From Saprolegnia diclina VS20 (taxonomy: Eukaryota), in contig NW_008246118.1 of assembly GCF_000281045.1 (NCBI RefSeq), forward strand, positions 191,850-255,849: 64,000 nucleotides of DNA, given 5' to 3'. The notes under the pieces were generated by a model, which had not been told where the DNA came from, did not search any database, and saw only the letters and a list, made by a program, of their open reading frames with translations. Positions 22,320-35,776 of this stretch are shown here, in pieces (position 1 is the first letter of the stretch; each line of letters begins with the position of its first letter). Made by a program: the position numbers and the translations under genes.

Positions 22320-22720
22320 GGGACTTGATGCAAAATGGCGTCGCGGCCAGCCATTGCGATTGCACTTTCTAACGGAAATACAATGCAATCGAATACAAAC
22401 ATCAAGTAAAGATAAACAATTAGGATTTATTGTCGGCGAATTCGGACGTTGCCGAGGTTGAGACCTAAATGATCCGAATTTCAAACCGATCGTCCTCGAC
22501 AGCAGAGGCGGCGACGCACTTGACAGGTAGTTGTACCGATGTCTCCGTTGGAGGTGCGACTATCGCGCGCTTGCATTTGCCGCCAAATGCTGGCGAGAGA
22601 GATGTGTCATTGACGTCAAGACGCCGCTTGGCCCCGGTCGGCTGGCTGCATAAAAGCGTCAATGCAGCTCCCGCAGTTGCGTCCGATTAGACTAGGACTG
22701 AATGCCCGAATTGTAACGAG

Positions 22721-22782
22721 CCAATGAAAAGGGTTTAACGCAAGCTTTTCACCCAATCGTTCGCGTCCTCGATTCGACCAAT
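22721..22782 (+). promoter_or_regulatory. Three CCAAT boxes in the divergent OLA1 / C5orf34-like promoter
   Basis: CCAAT at 22721, 22753 and 22778. Confidence 0.5.
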
Positions 22783-22821
22783 CGGGAGTCCGTCATCAGC
22801 AAATCACGCAGATCCCGCAGG

Positions 22822-24618
22822 ATGGCACCGTCGAGCACGCTGCCCATCCCGCCCATGGAGGCAGTCCGCATGCTGCTGCTGCAAGATGGCACGGCGATTG
22901 GCAGCTACCAGCGGCCTCTGCGGCGCCACGTCGCCTCATCCTCGCTGCGGTCGTCTCCGGGCTCGCCGCTGTCCCGGCAAACCGCCGTCTGCCTCGTCCT
23001 CGAGCCAGCCGGCCACTGCTTCTCCGTCATTGACGCTTCGGCCTTTGCATCTGGCGCACTCCAGCGCTATAGCTCCGCCTCGTGTCCGTCTGTCTACATA
23101 CCGCCTCTGCGGGAGCTCCTTGCGTTCCGGAATCTGCATGCCGGCGACCGACAATTGTACGTGCACGAGCACCATCTCCGGGACGTACACTGGCGCCAAG
23201 GACCTCTTCCGACAACTTTTCGCTGGCGCTGCGGCGGCTTCAAGCTCGAAGCGATGCAATCCGAGTCGGGAGCGTATGGCGTCGACTCGCTGGATGGCCT
23301 TGCCCGCGTCTGCCTGGATGCGACAGGCACCTTCTTTGATGCCACGTGCACTGTCGCAGTCGCTACGACCACGGGCGACGGGCCTCGGACGCGCATCACG
23401 CGTATCGCGCAGCGCTTCTTCCGGGAAGCGATTCCTTTGCACTGGGCGTACCCGGCTTCAGTTCTTATTGCGGCCCACCAAGCCCACCTGACCCACCAGA
23501 GCACGTTTTCTATTGACGTCGATTCGCCTTACAAGACGACGCCGGCACCGACCAACAGAGCGTTTAGCGCGCGGCCGCATTGGGCAGCTGTCGCCATGCG
23601 CCCGGACGACTTGCCGACGCCAGCGCTCCTCGCCGTCGACGTCTATGACGTGGGACAGCACGTATCGGTGCCGGCGACCACACTGCGGCGCCCGCTCGTG
23701 GCCGAGTGGACGCGAGACGCTTCGTTCCACGTCCTGCCCACGAGCATCTACGTACGACCTCGCTCGCATACTGCATTTAGAAGGCGTCCTTATAGGCGTT
23801 GCTGCCGGCCGACAACTCGACCCTGGTGTTTGCCAAAGGGTTCTTCAAGCACTACACGTCCGAGGCGCCGTTCGAACACTGCTTTACCCTCACGTCGGTG
23901 CCACCGCCGACCGCGTCTCGGTTTGCACGAAACTTGCCACCGCTTATAGCTCAACGACACCGCGGTAGGCTCGCGTACGACCTGACGGCGATTTGCAACA
24001 CCATGGCCTTTCTACACGAAAGCGCCAACCAGCTGCAACCAGCGCCGTCGGTGCGCGCCTCGTACCTTGGGCGGGACTCACCGCTTGCATCTCGGTAGAT
24101 GCCGTTGCCTGCGGTTGATGCGAATGCGGTCGTCGAAGACCAGACGACGGCCGTCGGACGCTTCCGCGCCTTTGGCGACGGTCGAGTCCGCGTCATCTTC
24201 ACAGACCGGACGATCGTCGCCGCGGACGCAGCGGGATCGACGGCCTCCCTGCTCTTACCTACCGGTGTGTCCGTGTCCATCTTGCTATGCGCGCCACCAG
24301 ACATGTACCAACCGTATGCGCCGTCTCGCCAAGGCGATGGACCAACACGTATATGTTAGATACATCCACGCCACCATGAGCTTCCGAACGTGGGCCTACT
24401 TGACGCCGCAGGAACGGGCAGCGACGAGCCAGCGCCAATCCGCTGTCGCAAGCCGCGTTGAGGCCGAGCTCGCCAAAACCCGCGCCTGTCTCGCCGCCGA
24501 CGTCCCCCGGTGGCACCCGTCGTCGTCGTCCACCACCGACAAGGTCCAAGACGCCCTCCGTGCGACCCAAGCCCACCTCGAACGCGTCCAGCGCACGCTC
24601 CAAGAACGTTCTTTATAA
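22822..24618 (+). CDS. Multi-exon hypothetical protein, C5orf34-like
   Basis: N-terminal MLLLQDGT and internal VGRFRAFGDGRVRVIFTDRT resemble recalled C5orf34 blocks. ORFs can be joined through short GT-AG introns. Confidence 0.5.
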
Positions 24619-24631
24619 CACGCACGCCACA

Positions 24632-25984
24632 TTAGCCCCACATCTTTTCGTCGGCTTCCTTGTCGACCGGCGTGTACCATTCGGGGTACGGCAAGCTCGG
24701 GTTGTACCTACGCCGACCAAATCCTGTCCACAGTCTCAGGAGACGAGAATGGTACCGGTAGTTGAGAAAAAGCTCTTCGTCTTGGACGTCGTGGAGGGTC
24801 ACAAGTGCGATACCCTAACCCCGATAAGAACTGACCGAGACAAATGAGATCGTACCGGGACAAGACCGCGCTTGCCAAACATGGCAAACAGCGACGGCTG
24901 TTCGACGTAGCGGTTGGGAATGTACGGTGCAAACGCTTCGGACGTGAACGGCTCTACAACTTGGTCGCCAAAGGCCCACCAAATGGAATTAGGTATACCG
25001 GCAGCAGGAAAGTCAAATGCGACGGGCAGCACGTTCGGGGACGCGCCGGCGGGCGGGTGGTTGACCATTTGTGCCAGCGCATAATGGTTCACGTGCGGAA
25101 TGGCTACTTGATACACTGAAACAATGCTCGGGACGCGTCTTTGGGTACCTTGGTCCTTGGCGTTGATGATGGCGCCATCGAAACGAGCACGCGCAAACGG
25201 GTTGTTGGAGACAACGTCAAAGTATTTCTAGACCAGAAGGAGCATGATTGTCGAGGGACAGCTCTGTACCTTGCGGTAGTGCTCCGAGAGGTAGACCGTG
25301 CCCGGGTACAAGGCGACGAGCGTCCCCGCGACCGCCGTCCCCTGCAAGAAGAGGCCGCGACCGGCGGTCTCAATCGTCGAGTCTTGCACTTGCAGCGAAA
25401 AGCCGACGTGGGCCTGGACGTAGCCTTCAATGGTTGTCTACAGATGACGCAAGCATGACGTTGAAATGGGCGAGATCCTGCACGGACATGGGGCGACGTC
25501 GCCGGACGCTCCGCGGTGATGGAGAAGACGTTGGGCTTCTGTTGCAAGACTTGGTTGCCAAGCATGAGCGCGCTAAACAGGGCTTCGGCCTACGAGATCG
25601 TGAGCAGGCGCCAGCTAATGGGGTCGCACCTGCTTGGTGAGCGCAGTCTGGGCCACTGCCTTGTGTTCCTCGAATGTCTTGGTCTCCATGGCCTCGACAG
25701 CCTGCTCGAACAGCGCTTCCTTCTCCCTACGTCCACCTCCATAAGGCGACTGCATCACTGCAGGCAGGTACTCGGGCGTCACGATGCCAGGACCGCGGGC
25801 AACATGGAGCTCCTTGAGGTGTGTCAACATTGCTATCGTGGCCATGTCCATTTGCTCCTACGATGCGCGCATTGCCTCAGAATGACGCAAGAAGCGGGTC
25901 ATGACGTGGCAGTCGTACCTGGAAGCGACGGCCGGCCGTCGTGCCCGAGAGGGCGTACTGCATGCGCTGGAAGACGGTCGCCAT
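24632..25984 (-). CDS. SETD9: SET-domain protein, SETD9-like (multi-exon)
   Basis: Spliced reading gives GFSLQVQDSTIETAGRGLFLQGTAVAGTLVALYPGTVY ... NHYALAQMVNHPP..SPNV..FDFP ... DVQDEELFLNYRYNP..P.WY. Not captured as a single ORF in the track. Confidence 0.75.
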
Positions 25985-26538
25985 GCTACGCGCTTTCCAG
26001 TGGATTGCGGAAACACTATTTTCGACATGCATCATCATAACTCTATATCAAGGTTTGTACACTATATATATCATTCGGGCAAGGGCAAGCTTAAAACACC
26101 CAAATATAAGCGAAAACCACCCAACAACGCTGCCGTTCTTGGGAAAATCAAGAGCGTTGCGAGGCTTCTAGAGGAAAGAGAGCGTGCACAAGATGATTTC
26201 CGTCGTCTGATGTAGCTCTACTCGAGAGAATGGTTGGTGAAGCTTCTTGGGCCGGTTGGTACAGACGCCAGTAGCGTCCAGTTGCGTGGGTTTAGCCGTC
26301 GCACCCAATTGACTGCATCCAAACGGCCTAAAATAGCGTGGGCGACGGAACGCTATTTCTGAAAGGTGGGTACACTATTACATGCTGTCCTGCATTTCCC
26401 CGTTCAACACGCATATGGTGTATTGTGACATACAATTGGCAAGTAGAAAACGAATAAGACTATTTCCGTGCCAGGTATAATTCTGACGCTGCCCGAGGGC
26501 TGTTTCATTTGGGAGCTTGGCAGAAGTCGACGAGCGAG

Positions 26539-27276
26539 ATGAGCGTGGCTACGGATGCGTTGTTCAACGAAGGTAGACGACTGCTTCGCCTCGCCGCCAT
26601 GCGACGCGCCGGCGACACGGCCTTCTCTGCATGGCCCACGCGCCGCTGCATCGCGCCGCTTCGGCGTGTCCATCAACATGCAGGTTGCTCATGGCCGCCC
26701 ATGTGCTAGGGTGGGGTGATGTCCTCACAAGCATTTCGCCTTACATGTGGGGCAACATTGGTATCGCCGTCGGCCTTGGCTTCTCCGTCATCGGTGCGGC
26801 CTGGTACGCGATCCTCTCGGCGTGTCTCGTGCTAAGACTGGCGGCGTAGGGGCATCTTCTTGACGGGCTCGAGCTTGCTCGGCGCGGCGGTCAAGGCGCC
26901 GCGCATTCGCTCGAAGAACTTGGTGTCGATCATTTTCTGCGAAGCGACAGCCATCTACGGTGTCATTATCTCGATCATCTTGCAAAACAAGGTCGAAGTG
27001 CCCGGCGTGCGCGGCCCGCACGACGCGCCGCTCGACCTCAACCAGCTCTACTTTGCTGGCTACGCGGTCTTTGGCGCCGGCCTCGCGGTCGGCCTCACCA
27101 ACATTGCCAGCGGCATCTCGGTCGGCATTGCTGGCAGTTCGTGCGCGCTTGCGGACGCCCAGAACGCCAACCTCTACGTCAAGATTTTGATTGTCGAGAT
27201 TTTCGCCAGTGCGCTCGGTATCTTTGGCGTCATCGTCGGCATCATCATGTCCAACAACGCCGGCTTCCCCAAGTAG
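26539..27276 (+). CDS. ATP6V0B: V-type ATPase V0 proteolipid subunit c'' (21 kDa)
   Basis: SPYMWGNIGI..G.SVIGAAW|GIFLTGSSLLGAAVKAPRIRSKNLVSIIFCEA...LYVKILIVEIFASALG. Intron 26804-26849. Start at 26539 (through an upstream intron) or at 26691. Confidence 0.93.
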
Positions 27277-27654
27277 AAGACACCCATGCGGCCCTTCTGG
27301 GCGTCGTCCTGCGCAACTAGTTTCTTACCAACAACACGACGACTTGCATTTTGAGTTTGACGTTTGCAGTCGACATGGTACCACCAGCGACCATGGCCGA
27401 TTCTGCTCCTGCAATCACCACGCAAAAGCCCAGATAGAAGGAGGCCGTATCCCCTAACCACCGGCTAGTTGAGTACACAGAAGTACGGAAAGTGGCAGCA
27501 GAGCAACGCCGACTGACTGCTGCCAAAGGCTGTACAGTCTCGCATCAACCGTCGGATGGAGATGCTAACTCACATCGCCTTGTCCCGGCCTAGTGGTGTT
27601 GACGTGGGCTACACCCCACCACTGCATGCGACCAACAATCACAGTTGAGCTCGC

Positions 27655-30600
27655 CTACGGTTCATCTTGATCCACAGCATCGGCGGCAACGGGCACTCCG
27701 CCATCGCCCACGTCTCGCTCAAGCAAACTTGTCTTGGTGGCCGAGTCTGGAGTCTGGCTACTCGCCCTCGGACCCGACGAGGTCGTCGCTTCGAGCCCCG
27801 GCGTGCAATGGATTGTTCATTTGTTTTTACAAGTGGAGCACCATCTCGTCGACGCGGTGCTTGGCTTGAAGCACTTTGGCGACATCGGGGAAGGCCTTGA
27901 CAAGACCACTGTGCTTGGTGTCGAAGTACGCGCCGAGCTTGCTGAGGCGACGGCGCCACGCACGGGGCAGCGTCGTCGTCGGGCGACTTGCGAGGCGCGC
28001 AAACCCTTCGTTTAACGTCGCTCGGGGCACGAACTCGACGCTGTGACCGAGCGTCGCCGTCGCGAGCTCGCGCAGCATGGCCATGACGCCGTTGAGCTGC
28101 CGCGTGTTGAGGTACATGTCGTCCCAGTGCTCAACGGACGGGTACAGAGGCACGCTGGGCTTGGCAATCACTCGGACACTGCTGTCAATGCGAGCTTGGA
28201 CGTCAAGTACCTCTTGGCGCAGCGGCGGCGTGCGCGCCGTTGGCCGCGGCTACACACGATCTCAGCATCCATCCTGCACGTAAGATAGACCAACCTCGAG
28301 GAGGAGCCGGAACGGCAAGCTCTCATCGTGCTCGATCGCATCTCGAATGCACTTGACGAGCGAGAGCATCGCGTCCTTCTCGTAGCCGAGGCGGGACGAG
28401 ACAAAGGCGCGCAGGTCCGTCTCGAGCGACGTCAGCACGAGGTCGACGTAGCCCATGGTGTCGAGCACCCGGTCTTGAAGCGCTGCGAGTCGACTCAGTA
28501 CGTAGTCGTACTCGAACCCGACGCCTGCAATCGCATTCGACGACGCAATCGTGTCCTTCTTGGCCACGGGCGTGGCCGTGCCCGCCTCTTTTTCCTTCTT
28601 GGTGGTCGGCGGCGGCGCTGTCGATGCGCCGCTCGGTGTCGCGGTGCCTGGCACGTTCGGTAGCTTGAGCGCCTTGGACGCAACGATAGCGAGTGTGTCC
28701 TTGGCCTTCTGGAACGCGGCAGCGACTTCTTGCGCCGGTGTGAGGGGCACGACTTCGGCTTCGACGACCACCTTCTTCTTCGCGGCGGCCGACGCCTTGG
28801 TGGGGGCAACTACCGCCTCCTTCTCGTCCTCAGCCGGGTCTTTCCCAAGCGGCAACAGCGGAATCTTGCCGTCATCCAGGGACTTGACCAACCCGACTTC
28901 GAACCCGGCAACAGCGTCGGTGATGACGGTGACGCTCGCGTGGAAGAGGTCGACTTCAGCTTGGAAGAGCATCGTGCCGACGAGCTGAATGGACGTGAGC
29001 GCATCTTCCTTCCACTGGTCGCGCAACAGCGTCTCGAGTAAAGCCAAGGCTTCCGCGCCCTTTGCATCGAGCACGGCACCGAGCTGGTCGAGCAGCGTAT
29101 CGACGCGGACGTGCAGCTCGGCTTTCGTGCTGGCGTCAAAGCGCATATCGTCGAGCACGCTGTTGTTGAAGTCATACTGGAACGCGTCCAGCATGCCCTG
29201 CTTGGCATCGGGCCGGCGGGCAAACGCCGTCATCTCGGAGAGGACGTTGACAGCGTGCGCCTCGACGCGGCTGCGGTACGCACGCAGCATCGAGAAGCCG
29301 TGCTCGAGCGTCCGCTTGTACTGAGAGTCCGAAGCCTCCCAGACGCCGCAGCCCAAGGCCGCGAGATCGACCTCGGGCACGACGCTGAAATGCAGTGGGA
29401 GGTTGGCACTGTCGCCGTGGCGGTCCGCAAGGAGAAACGCATGGGCGGCTTGCGTCGCCTCCAAGACGCTTTGGTGCGCGGCCTCGACGCCCACTCGAAG
29501 GGCCACGAGCTCGTCCTTCTTGAGCTTGGCGTCTTCGCCGGCCCGGAGCGTCTGGGCGGCGGCCGCTTCGCTCTCGAGAGCAAGGCGCAGAGTCTCGTCG
29601 TGCCGCGCGACGGCCCCTTGCCGCCCCTCTTCTGCGGCCATTGCGTCGTTGGCTCGTGCTTCCATCTCAAGGCAGTTGGCGCTCTCGGTCGCGGCAGCTC
29701 CATGCAAAAACGCATCGATGTAGTCGCTCATCGCCCCGACGAGGTCGTCTCCGGAGACCGTGCGCAGGGTGCCGTACGGTGCAAACCACGCAAGAAGCGA
29801 AGGCATCGCCACGTCGTACGCGTGCGAGAAGAGCGAGAGCGCTTCGGTTGCGATCGTCGGGTCCCGCCACGGGCAGAGGCGGCTGCGCGCATCGGCCTCG
29901 GTCGGCGGCGCGTCTTGCATATGGAAGCGCGCGCCCGTCACCGGGTCCATGAGCTTGCCGAGGCAATGACGAAACACTTTGGTGCGGTCGACTTCGAGCC
30001 GGAAGACCAAGTCGAGCCCCGACTTGCCGAGGTAGTGGTTCAAAGGGAGCGCCGGCGGTGGCAGCGGTACCGCGAGATGATCGCTGCGGGTTGGTGTCGG
30101 CGTCGGCGCGGGCACGTGGCCGCTGAGCACCCGCTCCAGGTCCATGGCTTCATCGAGGCTCGCGACAAAGTCGGTGAGGATCCAGCCGCGCTTCTCACTC
30201 GGGTCGATGCTTCGGATTGCTCGCTCGAGGAGCGTCAAGTACAGTGCATTTGGAATCGACTGGCCGGCGGAGAGGAGGTCCTTTGCGACGACGCCGACGT
30301 CCGACTTGGTGGCCATGGCAGTTTCCAAGAGCGCGTGCACCGAGACCGGCGCGAGGTTGTACTGCGTCGCAAGCAGCGCCGCACACGTCTTGCGCCCCGC
30401 GAACGGCTTCCCGAGCAGCGCGAGCTTGAGCGCGAACGCTGGGAAGGGCACGCGTGGTGGCGCCAGCGTCGGCGATGTGGTGCGAGCGCGGCAAGCGGCC
30501 ACAACCTCGCCCAGCACGTGCTCGCGTGGCAGCTTGCCGTAAACAAACGACGGTGCCGGCAAGGTGGCATCGCTCTCGAGACGCGACTCGGTCACCAATG

Positions 30601-32404
30601 CGTGACGCGTGCTCGTCACGTGACGCTCGATCTCGCATGCGTTCAACACGCTCTCTGCGTCGCTTGACGCAAAACCCGCGGCAAACAGCTCGTCTGGGGC
30701 GTGGACACCAAACGCGAGCATCTCTTGCCACGTCGGCGGCGGGACAAACACGTCCGACGGCAAGATCCACGTCGAAGTCTCACGGTACGTGGCCGTGGCC
30801 AGCGCCAAGTCGACGACGCGGTCAAGCACGTGGTGGGCGATAGCGATGTTGGTCTCGGCCGCCGCCGCCGCCATGGCGGTCGTCAAGCGCTCTGCGCGCT
30901 CGCACTGCGCCTGGACAGCGTCCGTGAACCGGTGGTGCAGCATCCCATACGCTGTCGCGTCGCGCCGGGCCGACTCGACGACATCCGTCTCGGCGCGCTG
31001 GGCATACTGCGCGTTCCGGCGTGCCCGGTTCTCGGTGACGATGTCCATGTAGGCGACAACGTTGGCTTCCTTCGTCTCGAGGTGTACCTCGGTGGTGGTC
31101 GCCCGGAGCAAGGTGGCTTCGAGCGCCGCTTGGACCACGTCGTCGTTGCGGGCGCGCTGGTGGTTATCGCACGCTTTCAGAAACCGCGCGCGGCGCTTGC
31201 GCTGGATGTCGCCGCGGAGTTCGCGCTGCCGGCGCTTGGCGCCGACACTCGGCATCGGCGTCGGTGACGTTGGCACCGTCACGTCGACGTTCTTGAAGGT
31301 CGTGCGGAGCGACCGTATGCCGTACCCGATCGAGAGCTGTGTCGGGAGCTGGAGGCCTTTGGACGGCTTGAGCGTCTTCGTCTCGGTGAGCTAAAACCGT
31401 CCATAGGTCAACGTGACGGACGTCGGTGCAGATCTACCGTGGCTTCGAACGTGGCGATGCCGTTGGTCACTTGGTCCTTGGCCGTCGCCAGCGCCGTGGC
31501 CTACGAACGCATGAGCCAAGACGACGTGTACAACGGTGGCACCTGGCGCTCTGCGGCGCGTGTCGCCACCAGCTTTTTGTAGCGGGCTTTCCGGCGCTCG
31601 CGCTCCCGCTTCTTGGCTGTCGCGGCCGCCCAGGCTTCGGTCTCGCCCTCGGTCGTGATCTACGCGCGTGGTATCATGCAAAGGATGCTACAGAGCGCTG
31701 TACTTGAGTGAATTCGCGCTGGATCTTGGTCAAGTGGAGGCGCTGCTGCCGTGTCGCCTCGAGGTGTTCGTGGTACGCCGCCTTTTGCGCCACTCGGTCG
31801 AGCGTTAGCTGCGCTGCCGCCGCCACCTTGTACCTACGCCGTTTGTTCATGAACCAACGTGCGCGGTCCGAGGTACTTTTCGCGCTTGAGCTCGTCTTGC
31901 GCTTTGACGTGGAGTCGGATCGCGTGCTCGAACGACTCGTGCTTGATCGGGTCAAAGACCGTCTTGGGCAGCCGACCTGGCACGTTGTGGATGGGCAAAA
32001 CGCCGCCAGGTGCATAGGGCCGGCACGACACGGTGCCGGACCGATGTGCGCGAGCGATCGCCGTCTACGCCTCGTGCGATGATGTGCCAGAAAGGCCGGC
32101 AGCCTACCTTGAGCTGGTAGAGGAGCTTGGTGGCCGCGCCGCTCGCTTCGTTCATGACGCTCGTGGCAATGACCGGGTCCATGCGAATGCCCAGCGCCCG
32201 CATCGAGGGCTCGAGGAGGCAGAAGTTGACAATCTTTGCATCGGCCGAGTCGCTCGAGACAAAGTCGCCAAAGTTGTGCTGCTGGTTGGCCTTGAAGAGC
32301 ACTTCGCCAAGGAGGTACCCGCTCGCGAACGTCGCCTCAAACTCGGTCACGACCACCGAGAGCTGGACCTCGTCGTTGAGCCAGCGCAGGAGCAGCTCCG
32401 ACAT
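27655..32404 (-). CDS. SPEF2: Sperm flagellar protein 2 / CPC1-like central-pair protein (multi-exon)
   Basis: N-terminal CH domain MSELLLRWLNDEVQLS...FASGYLLGEVL, coiled coils, adenylate-kinase-like GKPFAGRKT...GWILTDF...DPVTGARFH, and DDMRFDASTKAELH. Confidence 0.85.
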
Positions 32405-33285
32405 CCGCGACGCTTCGACACAATCTTGGCGTGGGGGTAGGGCAAAAAGCGGTGGGCGTACCCCGGGGCACACAAAAAGGGACCCTTCCCCGCAACCCGC
32501 AACGAGCTCGCCCGCGTTTCCACTGTGAATATTGTCCACAGAGTGTGCACGACAGCAATAACTCGACTTGGCGTACACCGGGTAGGTGTGCAAGCGTCCA
32601 GACTGGTTACCGGTATACCGTACTGAGGCCAGATGAAGCGTCGAGAACGAACTTGGACGTTGAGGGCAACGTCAGCGACCACGGTGGGCCCGAGAGACGA
32701 CGCCCTTGTGCGTTGCTCAGGGCTATGCAACGTACACATAGTGTGTTGGTGGAGCGCTCACTTCATGAGCCCTGCGATTGCTCGTCGCTTCAACCGCCAA
32801 CGCAGCGGGATTACGGGTCCGTGGCATGCGAAGAAGCCAGCGACTTGCAGCGAGCTCGACCGCGACCACGAACTCAGTCGTATGAACGCCCGATTAAGTA
32901 AAATGGAGCTTCCTCGAGGACGTGCAGCGCTTCTTGGGCGGCCACATCCATCCTCGGGCCCCGGGCCCGCCATTTCCCTCAACCCAGCTTCTCCACTATC
33001 TCTCAAATCGTGGCAATATCTCCATACTGTCTCATCGCGAATGTTTGGACGCGTGTAGAAGCAAGCGTATTGAGGTGTTTTCGGTCTACGTTGCATGTAC
33101 ACACCTCATTTCGTCAGGAGATAAAGTGGCACGCGTTGGGACCGCTGTCTTCTTTTGGGAGGCGTGTTGTAAGTATGGGAGAGAGACGCTTTTGAGAAAG
33201 GTTGGCGGTGCTTGTCTTTGCCCGTATCTTGAATCTCGACGGAGCCAATCAGCGCGCAGCGTCGACTTGGTGGTTTGCCGCGTGT

Positions 33286-33302
33286 GTCATTTCCGCACTC
33301 GC
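33286..33302 (+). promoter_or_regulatory. INR/FPR-like core promoter before TypA
   Basis: GTCATTTCCGCACTCGC immediately upstream of ATG 33306. Confidence 0.5.
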
Positions 33303-33305
33303 ACC

Positions 33306-35460
33306 ATGTTCCTGCGTCGCGCTGCCGCTGCGATCCGCCGCCCGGCGCCGCCGTCGTTCCGCCGGAGCTTCGCCAGCCTCCCGAACGACCGCATCCGCAA
33401 CGTCGCCATTGTCGCCCACGTCGACCACGGCAAGACGACCTTGGTCGACCAGCTCCTCAAGCACGGCGGCAACTCGATCTCGGAGGAGCGCGTCATGGAC
33501 TCGATCGACCTCGAGCGCGAGCGCGGTATCACCATCATGTCCAAGTGCACGCGCGTCGAGTACGAAGGCAAGGTGCTCAACATTGTCGACACGCCGGGCC
33601 ACGCCGACTTTGGCGGCGAAGTCGAGCGCATTTTGAGCATGGTCGACGGCGTCGTCCTCGTCGTCGATGCGACCGAGGGTCCCATGTCGCAGACCAAGTT
33701 TGTGCTCACGAAGGCGCTCAACCGCGGCCTCAAGCCGCTTGTCGTCGTCAACAAGGTCGACCGCCCGACGTCGCGCCTCGGCGGCGAAGTCGAGAACGAG
33801 CTCTTTGACATGTTTGTGGCGCTCGATGCGACCGACGACCAGCTCGAGTTCCCCGTGCTCTTTGCCTCCGCCAAGCAGGGCTGGGCGGTGGCGTCGCTCG
33901 ACGACGATGAGCCGCGCACGTCGATGAAGGCGCTTCTCGACCAGATCGTCGACTACGTGCCCGCGCCGACCGTCGACCTCGACACGCCCTTCTCGATGGC
34001 CGTGACCATGCTCGGGTACACTGTTTGTTCGCTGGGATCGACCCGCTCATAGTCACGTAGCCATGACCCGTACGTCGGTCGCCTCGCGACGGGCCGCGTG
34101 CACACGGGCAAGGTCAAGGTCGGTGACGCGATCCACGTGGTCAACCGCGACGGCCAAAAGGTCGAGTCGGGCAAGGTCACCAAGATGTACGTGACGCGCG
34201 GCATGGTCAAGTCGGAGATCCAAACCGCCGAAGCTGGTACGGTTTCTCAGATCTGAGTGGTGTCACATTGTGCAAATGATAGGCGATATCATTACGATTG
34301 CCGGCGTCAACGCGTACGTCTCGGACACGATCGCCAACCCGGAGGTGCTGACGTCGATCCCGTCGCCGCAGCTCGACCCGCCGACGATCTCGATGACGTT
34401 TGGCGTCAACGACTCGCCGATCGCGGGCAAGGAGGGCAAGTTCCTCACGTCCGGCCACATCAAGGAGCGCTTGACGCGCGAGACGGAGAACAACGTGGCG
34501 ATTTCGATCACGACGAGCGAGACCTCGGAGGCGTTCAACGTGCACGGCCGCGGCGAGCTCCAGCTGGCGATTCTCATTGAAGAGATGCGTCGCGAAGGGT
34601 TTGAGATGTGCGTCTCGGCGCCGCGCGTGCTATTCAAGCAGTGCGAAGAGACCAACAGCAAGCTCGAGCCGATCGAAGAAGTGACCGTCGACGTCGACGC
34701 CGACTTCTCGGGTGTTGTCATTGACAAGCTCTCGACGCGCGGCGGTGAACTCCTCGAGTTCAAGGACATCCAGGTAGAACTTTGCATCGTTTGCCGCTTC
34801 TCACACCACGGTGTCTCTAGGACAAGGTCCGCCTCGTCTTCAAGATCCCGTCGCGCTGCTTGATGGGCTACCGCAGTGAGGTCGATTTTTGCAATCTCGC
34901 CAGTCCTTCTTACCAAGATGGACTGTAGATCAAGACGGACACGCGCGGCAGTGGCATCCTCAACTCGATCTTCCACGGCTACGAGAAGTACCAGGGCTCG
35001 GCCTCGGTGCCGTCCAAGGGCAAGCTCATTTCGTCCTGCAACGGCAAGACGACGGTACGCATTCTCCGTGTAAAAGTATCTCAAGCGACCAACTAGACGT
35101 ATGCGCTCAACATGCTCGAGGAGCGCGGCGAGCTCTTCGTCAAGCCCGGTGAGGACGTGTACACGGGCATGGTCGTCGGCGAGCACTCGCGCCCGACGGA
35201 CCTCGAAGTGAACGCGACCAAGGAGAAGAAGCTCTCCAACATGCGTGCCGCCGGGACGGTACGGACTTCGATCCCCACATTTGCATCAATTGAGTTGATT
35301 TTAGGACGAGAACGTGCGCCTCTCGCCGGCGCGCCAAATGTCGCTCGAAGACGTCGTGACGTACATTGGCGAAGACGAAATGATCGACGTGAGCCCGACG
35401 CAGATCCGCATCCGCAAGCGGTTCCTGGACCCGAACGCGCGCAAGCGTGCGGGCAAGTAA
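33306..35460 (+). CDS. typA: TypA/BipA translational GTPase, probably mitochondrial (multi-exon)
   Basis: Arg/Ala-rich presequence, [62 protein letters not shown], several short introns. Confidence 0.95.
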
Positions 35461-35776
35461 GCTAGCGCCAGTGTAGTAGTATGCAGAATAGACGACGCCG
35501 CTGTATTCCTTCCTAGTCGACACAATATTGTCCTCTGCGCATCGCATGTCTCCGGCGCCGAGTTGAGGAGCCCATTTTTCCCAAAGAGTAAGAACGAAGC
35601 AGCATCAACTCGGAAGCAAGAGAACGGGCAAGGACCACGCGCGTCTGCGAAATGCTGTCGGTGCCATGACTCGAAGCGGCGACCACCGACGATTGGGCGC
35701 GCGCCACCAGCTGGTGCCAGTGGCATCCGGATCCCTTGCTGCAGTTTCCCGTTTGCCGGTCGATCGCAATACGCGC

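Noticed and set aside
14046..22484. N-terminal extensions in the ORF track (e.g. 14046, 14760, 15708, 17514, 22484)
   Set aside because: Most begin at non-ATG codons or run through promoter motifs. Downstream ATGs give proper signal peptides or family N-termini.
22822..25984. Adjacency of C5orf34-like and SETD9 (C5orf35)-like genes as ancient synteny
   Set aside because: Consecutive human ORF names do not imply adjacency, and the C5orf34 call is itself tentative.
33306..35460. TypA/BipA as bacterial contamination or recent HGT
   Set aside because: It has spliceosomal introns, a presequence-like N-terminus and host-like codon usage.
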